Below, in pieces: positions 1-9,824 of a DNA stretch of 64,000 nt (positions within the stretch are counted from its first letter, which is position 1; each line of letters opens with the position of its first letter). The notes beneath the pieces are model-generated. The model saw only the letters and a list, made by a program, of their open reading frames with translations. It did not search any database and was not told the origin of the DNA. The DNA is taken from IMG/VR virus record IMGVR_UViG_3300029305_003961, positions 1 through 64,000 of that record; one strand, given 5' to 3'. Both the position numbers and the translations under genes were made by a program. This DNA is from a virus. Its lineage: Duplodnaviria > Caudoviricetes.

Positions 1-449
1 TAGTACTTGACAAAGATAAAAATTTTTGTAATAATAATTATAGTTTAGTTGAAGTATATACTAAACAATTTGATAAAACTACTAATAATATATGTGAATT
101 AAAGGCTATATTATATAGTTTTTTAAAATATGGAATAAATATAAATAATAAGGAATTTGCTGAAATTCCAGTTGTATATAGTGATTCCACCTATGCTATA
201 AACACCTTTGAAAATTGGATGTTCTCTTGGGCCAATAATGGATGGCGTAAGAGTGATAAAAAGATACCAGAAAATTTAGAAATTATTCAAGCCTATTATG
301 ATTGGTATCAAAAAGGTTATCGAATTGAATTGCGCAAAGTAAAAGGCCACTCAGATAATCTTTATAATAATTATGCTGACTTACTTGCTACTGGTAAAGC
401 AACTCCAGAACAAGTAAAACAAATGATTGGAGAAAATATAAATGGCTGA
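1..449 (+). CDS. rnhA: Ribonuclease HI (5' end outside the window)
   Basis: The frame is open from position 3. It shows the RNase HI motifs TTNNICELKA, YSDSTY, W..NGW....K..ENL and KVKGHS.N.YN..AD.LA. Confidence 0.9.
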   Translation, partial: VLDKDKNFCNNNYSLVEVYTKQFDKTTNNICELKAILYSFLKYGININNKEFAEIPVVYSDSTYAINTFENWMFSWANNGWRKSDKKIPENLEIIQAYYDWYQKGYRIELRKVKGHSDNLYNNYADLLATGKATPEQVKQMIGENING

Positions 450-3376
450 TAAAAAGAAATTATATAATGAAGACTCAATAGAATCGCTCAATCCGTTGGA
501 ATTTACTCGTCTAAGGCCACAAGTCTACGCAGGCGATTGCACTTATTCTACTCAACTACTGGTAGAGATTTTATCTAATGCTATTGATGAGTTCAATTTA
601 GGGCACGGAACAGAAATTAATGTTGTTTTAAATAAAGATGTAGTTATCGTAAAAGACCATGGACAAGGTTTTATTGTAAATCATACAAGAGATGATGGAA
701 AAACTATCCTAGAGGCAGCATTCTCTGTTCTCAACACTTCTGGAAAATACCGTGAAGATGGAGCATATGAAGGAACTTCATTAGGTTCTTTTGGTATTGG
801 TTCAAAAATTACAACTTTTCTATCTCACTATTTGGATGTTATAACATTTAGAGATAAACAGTTTGAAAGAATATATTTTAAAGAAGGCGTATTTGATAAA
901 CGAGAAGTCGGAAAATTAAATGATAATACAACTGGCACCATTGTTAAATGGCAACCAAGTGAAGAATTCTTTACCCATACCGAAGTTGAAATCGGTAAAG
1001 TAAAAGAACTTCTAAAGACTATTGTTTGCTTATGCCCTGGTCTAACTATTAAATTGGACAATAATGGAGAAAAAACTGAATACTTTTCTCAAAATGGACT
1101 GCGTGATTATGTAGACCAAAAGGTAAAAGATAAAGAAATCATTGATAATAGATTTTACTCCAAATTCAAAAATGGTAAAGAATCTATTGATTTTATTCTT
1201 ACTTATACCACCTCTTATAATGGAACAATTATTCCCTATGTAAATACTGGTCTTACTGAAAAAGGTTCTCATATTACTCTTATCAAGGCGCTTATTACTA
1301 AAGAGTTTAATAAGTTTTTTAGAGACCAAAAGTGGTTGAAAGAGAAAGATGAGAACTTGACTGGTGAAGATATCGCAGAAGGTCAATATATTGTCTTTAA
1401 TATTACGGCTTCTGGCGTTGCTTATGACGCACAAGTTAAGAGTAATATCACTAAGATTGATATGAAGCCTTTTATTAATGGACTAACAGAAGATTTGCGG
1501 ACTTGGCTAGAAACTAATAAGAAAGAAATTAAAGATATTGCGGATAAGGCTATTAATGCTCGGAAGGCTCGTGAGGCCGCTAAGAAAGCAAAGGATACTG
1601 TTCGTAATAAGGCTGAAAAGAAACAAAAGGCTTTGAAGTTTGATAGTAAACTTGCCGATTGTTATAGTAAACAGCGTAGCAAATGTGAAATCTATATCAC
1701 AGAGGGCGATTCGGCGTCCGGCAACCTAAAGACCGCAAGAAATAACGAATTCCAAGCAGTTATGCCTGTTCGTGGTAAGATTTTAAATACTCAAAAGGCT
1801 ACTCTTGATAAGATTCAGAAAAACGCAGAAATTATGACACTTATTGATGCTTTTGGTCTTACAATTGACCCAAAGAGTATGAAAATTACTTATAACAAAG
1901 AAGATTTACGTTATGGTAAGATTATTATTATGAGCGATGCTGATGTAGACGGCGCGCATATCAAAAATCTTTTCTATACATTCATTTGGAATTTCTGCCC
2001 GCAACTAATTCTTGATGGATATGTTTATGCGGGTGTGCCTCCTCTCTATAAAATTACTATTGGTAAGCAATACAAATATCTGAAAAACGATGAGGCTTTA
2101 GAACAATTCCGTAAAGAAAATGCCGGTCGTAAATATATTGTTAACCGCTTGAAAGGGTAAGAGATAGTCTGGCCCTTAGCTACTTTTCCTCTAATCAGAG
2201 GGGTCACAGAAATGCGGCTAACGAGGTAGTCTTCAAAATTATTTGGACATTTTAGGATAATCTGAAATGTATAAAATTCATATAATATTGAAGATAATCT
2301 CGTGGGAAAAAACTACGAATTATCTTACTGAAACAAAAAAGGTAGGATATAAACAATGATTGGTATCTATAAAATTACAAATAAAATAAATGGTCATTCT
2401 TATATTGGCTTGTCAACAAAGGTTGAAGAACGTTGGAAATACCATTTATCTCCGTATAATCAAGAACGAGAAAGTCATAAAACATTGTATTAGGCTTTTG
2501 CTAAATATGGAGTTGAAAATTTTGATTTTGAAATCCTTGAAGAGTGTAAAATAGAAGAACTTGGAGCAAAAGAAAAATATTATATTGATAAATTTGATAC
2601 ATATCATAATGGCTATAATATGACAGCAGGTGGTGAAGATAATGTGGGTCAAAGCCATCCTGGTCATAAATTAAATTAGCGTGATGTTGAAGATATACGC
2701 ATTAGGTATAATAATCTTGAACGAAGAAAAGAAGTTTATAATCTTTATAAGGACCGAATTGGCGAAAGCGGATTTGGGAAAATATGGAAGGGTGAATCTT
2801 GGTAGCATATTATGCCAGAAGTTTACACTCCTGAAAACAAAGCGTTCCATTTACATAATACTGCTAATAAAGGCAGTTCAAATGGACGCACTCGATTAAC
2901 AGAAGAAGAAGTTCGAGTTATTCGCCTTAGGCGTAAAAATGGAGAACAATTAAAAGATGTTTATGAAGATTATAAAGATAAATTAACAAAGGGTTCATTT
3001 TCAAATATTTGGTGTTATTAGAATTGGAAAGATATCGTAGTTTAAACCTGTATCGACTATCCGCTTTGTCGCGGAGTAGAATTGTTATTGATACACAATT
3101 CGAAAAGGTAGCATCCTATGACGGCAATTAAAGCGTTAGCCCGAGGATAAGAAATAGTCAGTACCATCAGTAATGATGGAGAAATATGTAGGCGAAATGG
3201 ATGTTGAAGAAACAGAAGAAACTCTTACTGACCCAGAGAACAGAATTATCAAACAAATTACAGTTGAGGATATAAAGAAAGCAGACCAGTTATTTGAAGA
3301 TTTAATGGGTGCTGGAATTGCCCCTCGTAAAAAATATATTCAAGACCACAGTGCGGAGGCAACAGGAAATGTATAA
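442..3376 (+). CDS. gyrB: DNA gyrase/type IIA topoisomerase subunit B, spliced: join(442..2158,3189..3376), about 634 aa
   Basis: GHKL motifs (EILSNAIDE, DHGQG) and TOPRIM motifs (EGDSA, PVRGKILN, DADVDG) are present. The conserved R.KGLGEM motif is restored by joining AAA GGG T to TA GGC GAA ATG. Confidence 0.93.
2245..2290 (+). promoter_or_regulatory. Candidate phage-specific promoter motif (copy 1, inside the intron)
   Basis: GGAC-N9-TAA-N16-TTCATATAATATTG. Confidence 0.55.
2356..3045 (+). CDS. Intron-encoded GIY-YIG homing endonuclease, 229 aa, 4 in-frame TAG (2491, 2677, 2803, 3019)
   Basis: Reads MIGIYKITNKINGHSYIG...YGVENFDFEILEEC...GYNMTAGG, followed by two repeated helical DNA-binding-like units. 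It ends in TAA only if TAG is read through. Confidence 0.88.
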
Positions 3377-5705
3377 TAGTGATTTAATAAATGAATTAGG
3401 TGTAAACTTTATCGAATATGCGGTTGCCGTCAATACAGATCGCGCAATACCAGACGCTAAATCCGGTCTGAAACCAGTAGCAAAAAGAATATTATATGGT
3501 GCTTATGATGCCGGTTATGCCTACTCAAAACCTCACGTAAAATGTGCTAATATTGTCGGTAATGTAATGGCCGATTGGCATCCACACGGCGATAGTTCTA
3601 TTTATGGAGCGCTTGTGCGTTTGGCTCAACCTTGGGTAATGCGCTATCCACTGATTGATTTTCACGGTTCTATGGGTAATAGAGATGGAGACGGACCTGC
3701 GGCTTATCGTTATACTGAAGCAAGATTGGCAAAACTTTCAGAAGAAGGTATGCTTGCTGGTATAAAAAAGAAGAATGTTGATTTTATTCCCAACTATTCT
3801 GAAACAAAAGATGAACCAATTACTTTACCTGCTATTTTCCCCAATTTGCTATGTAATCCAAATACTGGTATTGGTGTAGCAATGGCGTGTAATTGGTTGC
3901 CACATAATCTTGGTGAAGTGGCTCAGGCTATCTATGATTATATGGACGGTAAAGAGCCTATGATTCCTGGCCCTGACTTTCCGACCGGTGGTGAAATCAT
4001 CAATAAAAATGATTTACCTACAATTATTAAGTCCGGAAAAGGTAGTGTAAAACTTCGTGGTAGATATACTTTTGAAGATAATAATATTGTCTTTTATGAA
4101 ATTCCTTATGGAGTTGCCACAGAAGCACTTATGACTGAAATCGGCGCTGCTTGCGATGAAGAACGCATTAGGGGTATTGAAAATATTCGCAATGAAAGTA
4201 ATCGCAAAGGTTTTAGATTGGTTATTGAATGTGAAAAAGGTGCTAATCTAAATAATATTATCAATCTTTTATTTAAAGAAACAAGTTTACAAACTTCAAT
4301 TTCTTATAATCAAGTTGCCTTAATTGATAAAGTTCCTACAGAACTTGGATTAAAAGATTGTATCAAAATCTATATTAATCATAATATTGAGTGTATTACA
4401 AGAGAGGCTCAGTTTGATAAAAAGAAATCTCAAGATAGACTAGAAATTGTCGAAGGATTATTGCGAGCCTTAGAGGATATTGATAATATAATTGCTCTTA
4501 TTAAAGCGTCAGCAAGTTCTTCTGCCGCAAAAGATGCCCTTATAACCAAATATAATTTTACGGACGCTCAGGCAAAGGCTATCGTAGATATGAAATTGGG
4601 AAAATTGGCCGGTCTTGAAAAAATGGAAATAATGGAAGAAAAATCTGATTTATTAGAAGAGATTAAAGTTTTAGATATTATTATTTCTGACCCTAAGCCC
4701 GAATTGCGCAGAAGACTAGAAAATATTGTTCATCGATATGGCGATGCTCGTCGTACCGAATTGACACAAATTACAATTGCCAAAGAAGAAAAAGAAATCG
4801 AATTTGTTGAACCTGAAAAATGTGTTGTAGTTCTAACCGAAGCAGGAACTATCAAGCGTATTCCCACTACTTCTTTCCGCGCCCAGAAGCGCAATGGTAA
4901 GGGTATAAAAACACAAGAAGATATTACAAGTATGGTGCTTCGCACCAATACAATTGATAGTCTTATGATTTTCAGTAATAAGGGACAAATGTATAGGTTG
5001 CTTGTAAATGATATTCCTGCCGGTACGAATACAACAAAGGGTGTTCCTGTAAAAGCGCTTGTTTCAATGGAGCAGGATGAGGAACCCGCAACTATGTATT
5101 CTATCTACAGAGATACAGACGCTAAATATGTTTTATTTATCACTAAAAATGGTATCGTGAAAAAGACTACCTTAGAGGAGTACACAAATACCAAGAAGAA
5201 GAATGGCATCGGTGCCATTTCTTTAAAAGAAGGAGATAGTCTTGCGGCTGTGTCTTTGGTAAAAGACGAACCTCTTATTATTATTACTAAGCAAGGCTAT
5301 ATGATAAAGTTTAATTCAATGGAAATTGGCGCCACTTCTCGTATGACTACTGGCGTCAAGGGCATTACTCTTGGCGAAGGTGATGAGGTAGTAGCGGCTT
5401 TACCAGTTCGAAATGCTGATGATGCTGTGGCGGTGTTCACTGAAACAGGACTGGCAAAGAAGATGCTTCCAAAAGAGGTAATGTCTCAGAAACGAGGCGG
5501 CAAGGGACTAATTTGCTATAAGCCGACTGATTCTTCTGGCCATATTGTGGGTGCCGCAATGGTAAGTGATGAGGATAACATTCTTATCGTTGGCAATAAG
5601 AGTTCAATCTGTGTGGCCGCCACTGATATTCCTGCTCTTGGAAGAACCGGAATCGGCAATCAAATGATTAAGAGTGGTAGAGTTTCTACCATTAGTAAAG
5701 TATAA
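3369..5705 (+). CDS. gyrA: DNA gyrase subunit A, 778 aa
   Basis: Motifs RAIPDAKSGLKPV, HPHGDSSIY and catalytic AAYRYTE. C-terminal pinwheel repeats carry GyrA-box-like QKRNGKG and QKRGGKG. The ATG at 3369 overlaps the gyrB stop. Confidence 0.93.
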   Translation: MYNSDLINELGVNFIEYAVAVNTDRAIPDAKSGLKPVAKRILYGAYDAGYAYSKPHVKCANIVGNVMADWHPHGDSSIYGALVRLAQPWVMRYPLIDFHGSMGNRDGDGPAAYRYTEARLAKLSEEGMLAGIKKKNVDFIPNYSETKDEPITLPAIFPNLLCNPNTGIGVAMACNWLPHNLGEVAQAIYDYMDGKEPMIPGPDFPTGGEIINKNDLPTIIKSGKGSVKLRGRYTFEDNNIVFYEIPYGVATEALMTEIGAACDEERIRGIENIRNESNRKGFRLVIECEKGANLNNIINLLFKETSLQTSISYNQVALIDKVPTELGLKDCIKIYINHNIECITREAQFDKKKSQDRLEIVEGLLRALEDIDNIIALIKASASSSAAKDALITKYNFTDAQAKAIVDMKLGKLAGLEKMEIMEEKSDLLEEIKVLDIIISDPKPELRRRLENIVHRYGDARRTELTQITIAKEEKEIEFVEPEKCVVVLTEAGTIKRIPTTSFRAQKRNGKGIKTQEDITSMVLRTNTIDSLMIFSNKGQMYRLLVNDIPAGTNTTKGVPVKALVSMEQDEEPATMYSIYRDTDAKYVLFITKNGIVKKTTLEEYTNTKKKNGIGAISLKEGDSLAAVSLVKDEPLIIITKQGYMIKFNSMEIGATSRMTTGVKGITLGEGDEVVAALPVRNADDAVAVFTETGLAKKMLPKEVMSQKRGGKGLICYKPTDSSGHIVGAAMVSDEDNILIVGNKSSICVAATDIPALGRTGIGNQMIKSGRVSTISKV

Positions 5706-5728
5706 GAGGGGCTTATAGCCTCTCTTAA
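5703..5728 (+). terminator. Hairpin after gyrA
   Basis: Inverted repeat TAAGAGGGGCT-TAT-AGCCTCTCTTA with only a weak T tract. Confidence 0.5.
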
Positions 5729-5742
5729 TTAGGAGGGAATAA

Positions 5743-5949
5743 ATGAATATTTTACAATTTGATTTAAACAACTATGGCTTAGATGAAGTGGCTGATATAG
5801 TTAAATATCTTGAAAATCAAGGAATGGAAATTATTGCGATTCCAAAAGATTTTGATTTATTGCTTGATTGTGATACTTTTACTCTTACTTTAATAAAAGA
5901 AAAAATTGAAGCGGCTATTCGAGAAAAAGAAATTATAAATAATACATAA
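5743..5949 (+). CDS. Hypothetical protein, 68 aa
   Basis: Strong SD AGGAGG; TAA stop. Confidence 0.7.
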   Translation: MNILQFDLNNYGLDEVADIVKYLENQGMEIIAIPKDFDLLLDCDTFTLTLIKEKIEAAIREKEIINNT

Positions 5950-5974
5950 GGAGACTTTATAGTCTCCTTATTTT
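5946..5974 (+). terminator. Intrinsic terminator
   Basis: ATAAGGAGACT-TTAT-AGTCTCCTTAT followed by TTT. Confidence 0.75.
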
Positions 5975-6001
5975 GCTATTCCAAAAAAATTTTGATATAA
6001 T
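5973..6001 (+). promoter_or_regulatory. sigmaA-type promoter
   Basis: TTGCTA-17 nt-TATAAT with extended TG. Confidence 0.75.
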
Positions 6002-6034
6002 ATTTATGAAATAAAAGAAGGTGAAAAATTATAT

Positions 6035-6080
6035 GGGCGAAACAGATAAAATCATATTATGCTTTCTTGATAATATATAA
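6035..6080 (+). promoter_or_regulatory. Candidate phage-specific promoter motif (copy 2)
   Basis: GGGC-N9-AAA-N16-TTGATAATATATAA. Confidence 0.55.
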
Positions 6081-6096
6081 AGGAGGTAAGCATAAA

Positions 6097-7023
6097 ATGA
6101 TTTTTAGAAAAGATTTAACTAATCAAACATATGGTTTTTGGACTGTCTTAGAGTTTGACCAAGAGCGAAGTGATAAAGAAAAAAGAACTTATTGGAAATG
6201 TTAGTGCGAATGTGGAACTATCGCAAGTGTTTTAGGTTATAATCTAACTTCAGGTACATCGAGGTCTTGTGGTTGTCAATCACATAATTTAAGAAAAAAT
6301 GACCTTATTGGTCAAGTTTTTGGTTATTTAACAGTGATTGAAGATACTAAAAAATTAACCAAAGGACGCAATGTTATTTGGAAGTGCAAATGCAAATGTG
6401 GCAATGAAATTGAAGTTCCTGCGGGATATCTAATAAAAGGGTCTACATCTTCTTGTGGCTGTTATAAAAAAGAAACATTAATGAAAGATTTAACCGGGAA
6501 ACGTTTTGGTAAGTTAGTAGTGCTAGAAGAAACTGACCAACGATTAAGAGATTATATTGTTTGGAAGTGCAAATGTGATTGCGGTAATATCTGTTATATT
6601 ACAAGTTGGTGTTTAAATAACGGCCATACAAATTCATGCGGTTGTTTAAAATCTAAGGGCGAAGCTAAAATAAAAAATATATTAGACTCATATAATATTC
6701 CCTACAATACTGAACATACATTTGCTGATTTAATTTCCATTAATGGAGCTCATTTAAGATTTGATTTTGCTATTTTAAACTCTGATAATACAATTAGTCA
6801 TTTAATTGAATATAATGGATAGCAACATTATGAATGCAGTGAGCAATGGTGGAATACACAAGATAATTTTTCTACTTTACAGTAGAATGATTTATTAAAA
6901 CAATAGTATTGTAAAAAAAATAATATCGATTTAGTTATTATTCCATATGATGAATATGATAATATAACGATTGAAAAATTATTAGGAGATAAATATGAAA
7001 GAAAAAATGCGACAATTGATTGA
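6097..7023 (+). CDS. Free-standing homing-endonuclease-like protein: three Cys-rich repeats plus a C-terminal PD-(D/E)xK/Vsr-like nuclease, 308 aa, 4 TAG (6202, 6820, 6883, 6904)
   Basis: SD AAGGAGG. Three copies of DL.G..FG.L.V...WKC.C.CG...SCGC, then RFDFAI..IEYNG*QHY..ND..K..YC...NI.L..IPY. The ORF overlaps the ligA start. Confidence 0.82.
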
Positions 7024-8938
7024 ACAATTGAATCATTATACACATTTTTATGATATGGGCAACCCTTTAATTTCAGACGCAGAATGGGATAAATTATATT
7101 TTGATTTGCAAGAATTGGAGAAGAAGAGCGGTTATACTTTTCCTGACTCTCCTACTCAAAATATTTCTTATGATGTAGTTTCTGAATTGAAAAAAATCAC
7201 GCACAATCATCCAATGCTTTCTTTGCAAAAAACGAAGAGTTTAGATGAACTAAATGAGTTTTGTGGTAATCGAACTGCTTTCCTATCTTTAAAACTTGAT
7301 GGCTTAACTTGCTCACTTTATTATGCGGATGGTCGCCTACAACGAGCAGAAACTCGTGGAAATGGTTTAATAGGAGAAGATATTACCCATAATGCTATGG
7401 TAATTCCTTCGATTCCTAAGAAAATTGAGTATAAGGAAGAATTAGTGGTTGATGGCGAAATTATTTGTATGGACTATGATTTTATACCATTTTCTGAAGA
7501 ATATGCCAATTCACGTAATTTTGCGTCTGGCAGTATTAGATTATTGGATTCTAAAGAATGTGAAAAGCGTCATCTTACCTTTGTGGGTTGGGAAATGGTA
7601 AAGGGTTATGAAAATGTAAAGAGCGCTATTGATAAATTACAAGGCTTAAGAAAACTTAATTTTCACGTTGTTCCCTTTGAAATTATTTACAAGGAAACAA
7701 TTACAGAAGCCTTGATTGAGAGTTTAAAAAAAGTAGCAAAAATTGGCGGATATCCAATCGATGGACTTGTACTCAAGTATGATGATATTAATTACGCAAA
7801 ATCTTTAGGAGCCACCGCACACCATAGACGAGATGGATTGGCTTATAAATTCTTTGATGAATCAGTCGAAACAACTCTCCGAGATATTGAATGGTCTATG
7901 GGCCGCACTGGTAAATTAACTCCTGTCGCCATTTTTGACGAAATTGAACTTGAGGGTTCGAAAGTAAGTCGCGCCAACCTTCATAATATTAGTATTATGA
8001 ATGAAACCTTAAATTGTCCTGGATGGTCTGGTCAAAAAATTGGTGTTGTTAAACGCAATATGATTATTCCACAAATAGAATGGGCGGAAGAAAATGAAGA
8101 TATACCTCATATATCTCATAAGTTTTTTCTTTTACCCAAAACTTGTCCGATTTGTGGGGAAAAGACCTCTATTAAAAAGGATATAGATACATTTAATCTA
8201 TATTGTTCCAATCCGTTGTGCGAAGGAAAGTTGATTAATAAATTAGACCATTTTTGCGGTAAAAAAGGTCTAGATATCAAGGGGCTTTCTGTTGCCACAC
8301 TTGAAAAACTTATCGACTGGGGTTGGGTAAATTGTTTTGCTGATATTTTTGAATTGAGGCATTATTATACCGAATGGATTGAAAAACCTGGTTTCGGCAA
8401 AGCATCAGTAGAAAAATTACTTGACGCCATCGAATACGCTCAGTATAATTCTACTCACGAGTCTTTTATTTCTGCTATTGGTATTCCTTTAATTGGAAGA
8501 GCAATGGTAAAAGAATTGATGAAAAATGGTATTACTACATATTATGCCTTGTATAATTTAGTTCAACAAGGACAAGATTTTTCACAATTTAATGGTTTTG
8601 GATATGAAAAAAGTGAATCATTATTAAATTTCGATTACACCGAGGCTAATAAGGCTTATGCTTTGATGAGTCTCATTTCTTCCGAACCAGAAGAGAAAAA
8701 GGAGCAAAGTCTTGAGGGCAAATCTATTGTAATTACTGGAACTCTAAAAAACTTTAAAAATAGGGCTGCTCTTCAAGCAGTAATCGAGGCTGCCGGTGGT
8801 AAAGTCGTTAGTTCTGTTAGTAAAAATACTTCTTATTTAGTTAATAATGATATAGAATCTACTAGCGCTAAGAATCAAGCGGCGAAGAAACTAGGTATTC
8901 CGATTATTACTGAAGAAGATTTTTTGAAAATAATTTGA
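6995..8938 (+). CDS. ligA: NAD-dependent DNA ligase
   Basis: KLDG adenylation motif, TRGNG..GEDIT, OB fold, Zn finger (CPIC...C....C), HhH repeats and C-terminal BRCT domain. Confidence 0.96.
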   Translation: MKEKMRQLIEQLNHYTHFYDMGNPLISDAEWDKLYFDLQELEKKSGYTFPDSPTQNISYDVVSELKKITHNHPMLSLQKTKSLDELNEFCGNRTAFLSLKLDGLTCSLYYADGRLQRAETRGNGLIGEDITHNAMVIPSIPKKIEYKEELVVDGEIICMDYDFIPFSEEYANSRNFASGSIRLLDSKECEKRHLTFVGWEMVKGYENVKSAIDKLQGLRKLNFHVVPFEIIYKETITEALIESLKKVAKIGGYPIDGLVLKYDDINYAKSLGATAHHRRDGLAYKFFDESVETTLRDIEWSMGRTGKLTPVAIFDEIELEGSKVSRANLHNISIMNETLNCPGWSGQKIGVVKRNMIIPQIEWAEENEDIPHISHKFFLLPKTCPICGEKTSIKKDIDTFNLYCSNPLCEGKLINKLDHFCGKKGLDIKGLSVATLEKLIDWGWVNCFADIFELRHYYTEWIEKPGFGKASVEKLLDAIEYAQYNSTHESFISAIGIPLIGRAMVKELMKNGITTYYALYNLVQQGQDFSQFNGFGYEKSESLLNFDYTEANKAYALMSLISSEPEEKKEQSLEGKSIVITGTLKNFKNRAALQAVIEAAGGKVVSSVSKNTSYLVNNDIESTSAKNQAAKKLGIPIITEEDFLKII

Positions 8939-8963
8939 TTTTTTGAAAAATTTTCGATATAAT
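8935..8963 (+). promoter_or_regulatory. sigmaA-type promoter
   Basis: TTGATT-17 nt-TATAAT; the -35 element overlaps the ligA TGA stop. Confidence 0.7.
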
Positions 8964-8994
8964 ATATTCGTAAAGTTAAGGATGAAAATTTTTT

Positions 8995-9189
8995 ATGAAA
9001 GCAAAAGAACTCAAAAATTTGGCAAAAAAAATTGCTAAGTATGAGTTAATTATCCAAAATAGCACCGACAAAAAGGCTATTATGGATGCGGAGTCCTAGA
9101 TAATGAAATTATCAGGATGCGTCGATAAGATTGAAGATATGGTAATTATTGACGAACTAGTACAAGAGTATATTGAGGAACTTTCTTGA
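8995..9189 (+). CDS. Hypothetical protein, 64 aa, 1 TAG (9097)
   Basis: Reads MKAKELKNLAKKIAKYE...AES*IMKLSG...EELS then TGA, and fills the gap between two promoters. Confidence 0.65.
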
Positions 9190-9214
9190 CAAAAGAAAAA
9201 TTTTTTGATATAAT
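9186..9214 (+). promoter_or_regulatory. sigmaA-type promoter (consensus)
   Basis: TTGACA-17 nt-TATAAT with extended TG. Confidence 0.85.
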
Positions 9215-9281
9215 TTTTACATAAGCCAAAGGCTTAAAAGAAAAAACTAAAATAATTATTTTTTAAAGGAGAAAAAACAAA

Positions 9282-9758
9282 ATGGCAATGTCTGAAAATA
9301 GTGTTAAGATTCTAAATTTCTTAAAGGAAAATCACGGTAAGAACGTTACCAGCGCTGATGTCGCTGAGGCTCTTGACCTAGGTAAGAGCACGGTTAATGG
9401 CGCTTTCACCGCTATGCAGAAGAAGGGTTATGGTGTTCGCGTTGATGCTGAAGTGCCTGGTGTGGTTGAGGTTTCCTTCCTAACCATTACTGACGATGGT
9501 CGTGGTTGCGACACCGCTGAGATGGGTGAAACCGTTCAGAAGATTATGAATTATCTGGCTTCTGCTACCGACCATATTACTCTGGACGACCTGGCTACTG
9601 CTATTGACGTGAAGAAGAGCAGCGTTAATGGTTCTTTCAATGCTCTTGTGAAAAAGGGTCTGTGCGCTCGCACTCCCGCTAAGATTGAGACTATGGTTCC
9701 TGTGAAGTACCTAGTTCTGACCGAAGCAGGTTTGGCTCTGGACCCCGCTGCTGAATAA
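9282..9758 (+). CDS. Tandem winged-helix DNA-binding protein, 158 aa
   Basis: Two internal repeats: KILNFL...T.ADVAEALDLGKSTVNGAFTAMQKKG and KIMNYL...TLDDLATAIDVKKSSVNGSFNALVKKG. Confidence 0.75.
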   Translation: MAMSENSVKILNFLKENHGKNVTSADVAEALDLGKSTVNGAFTAMQKKGYGVRVDAEVPGVVEVSFLTITDDGRGCDTAEMGETVQKIMNYLASATDHITLDDLATAIDVKKSSVNGSFNALVKKGLCARTPAKIETMVPVKYLVLTEAGLALDPAAE

Positions 9759-9779
9759 TTTAACATAAAATTAAAGCCT

Positions 9780-9814
9780 ATAAGGGGTAAATATTAATTT
9801 ACCCCTTATTTTTT
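9780..9814 (+). terminator. Intrinsic terminator
   Basis: ATAAGGGGTAAAT-ATTA-ATTTACCCCTTAT followed by TTTTT. Confidence 0.85.
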
Positions 9815-9824
9815 CTAACTATTT

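Larger units (their letters stand above)
2159..3188 (+). mobile_element. Group I self-splicing intron in gyrB (1030 nt)
   Basis: The 5' exon ends in U and the intron ends in G. P1: exon AAGGGU pairs with GCCCUU near 2173, with the U-G wobble at the splice site. P7: GACTAT (3055-3060) pairs with ATAGTC (3154-3159). The intron contains an endonuclease ORF. Confidence 0.92.

Noticed and set aside
2245-2290. Reading the second promoter motif as a sigma54 (-24/-12) promoter because of TGGNC
   Set aside because: The conserved TTGC at -12 is missing and the conserved AT-rich box lies 28 nt downstream, which does not fit sigma54 spacing.
3309-3368. Tracked upstream starts for gyrA (3309), gmk (27677), the 54826 ORF and the 61365 ORF
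   Set aside because: Downstream ATGs (3369, 27719, 54754, 61344) have better SD spacing or stop-start coupling. The extensions overlap other genes or promoters.
442-3376. gyrB as a truncated gene plus a separate 67-aa ORF (3173..3376), or an intein
   Set aside because: An in-frame TAA at 2158-2160 rules out an intein, and group I splice signals rejoin the KGLGEM motif exactly.
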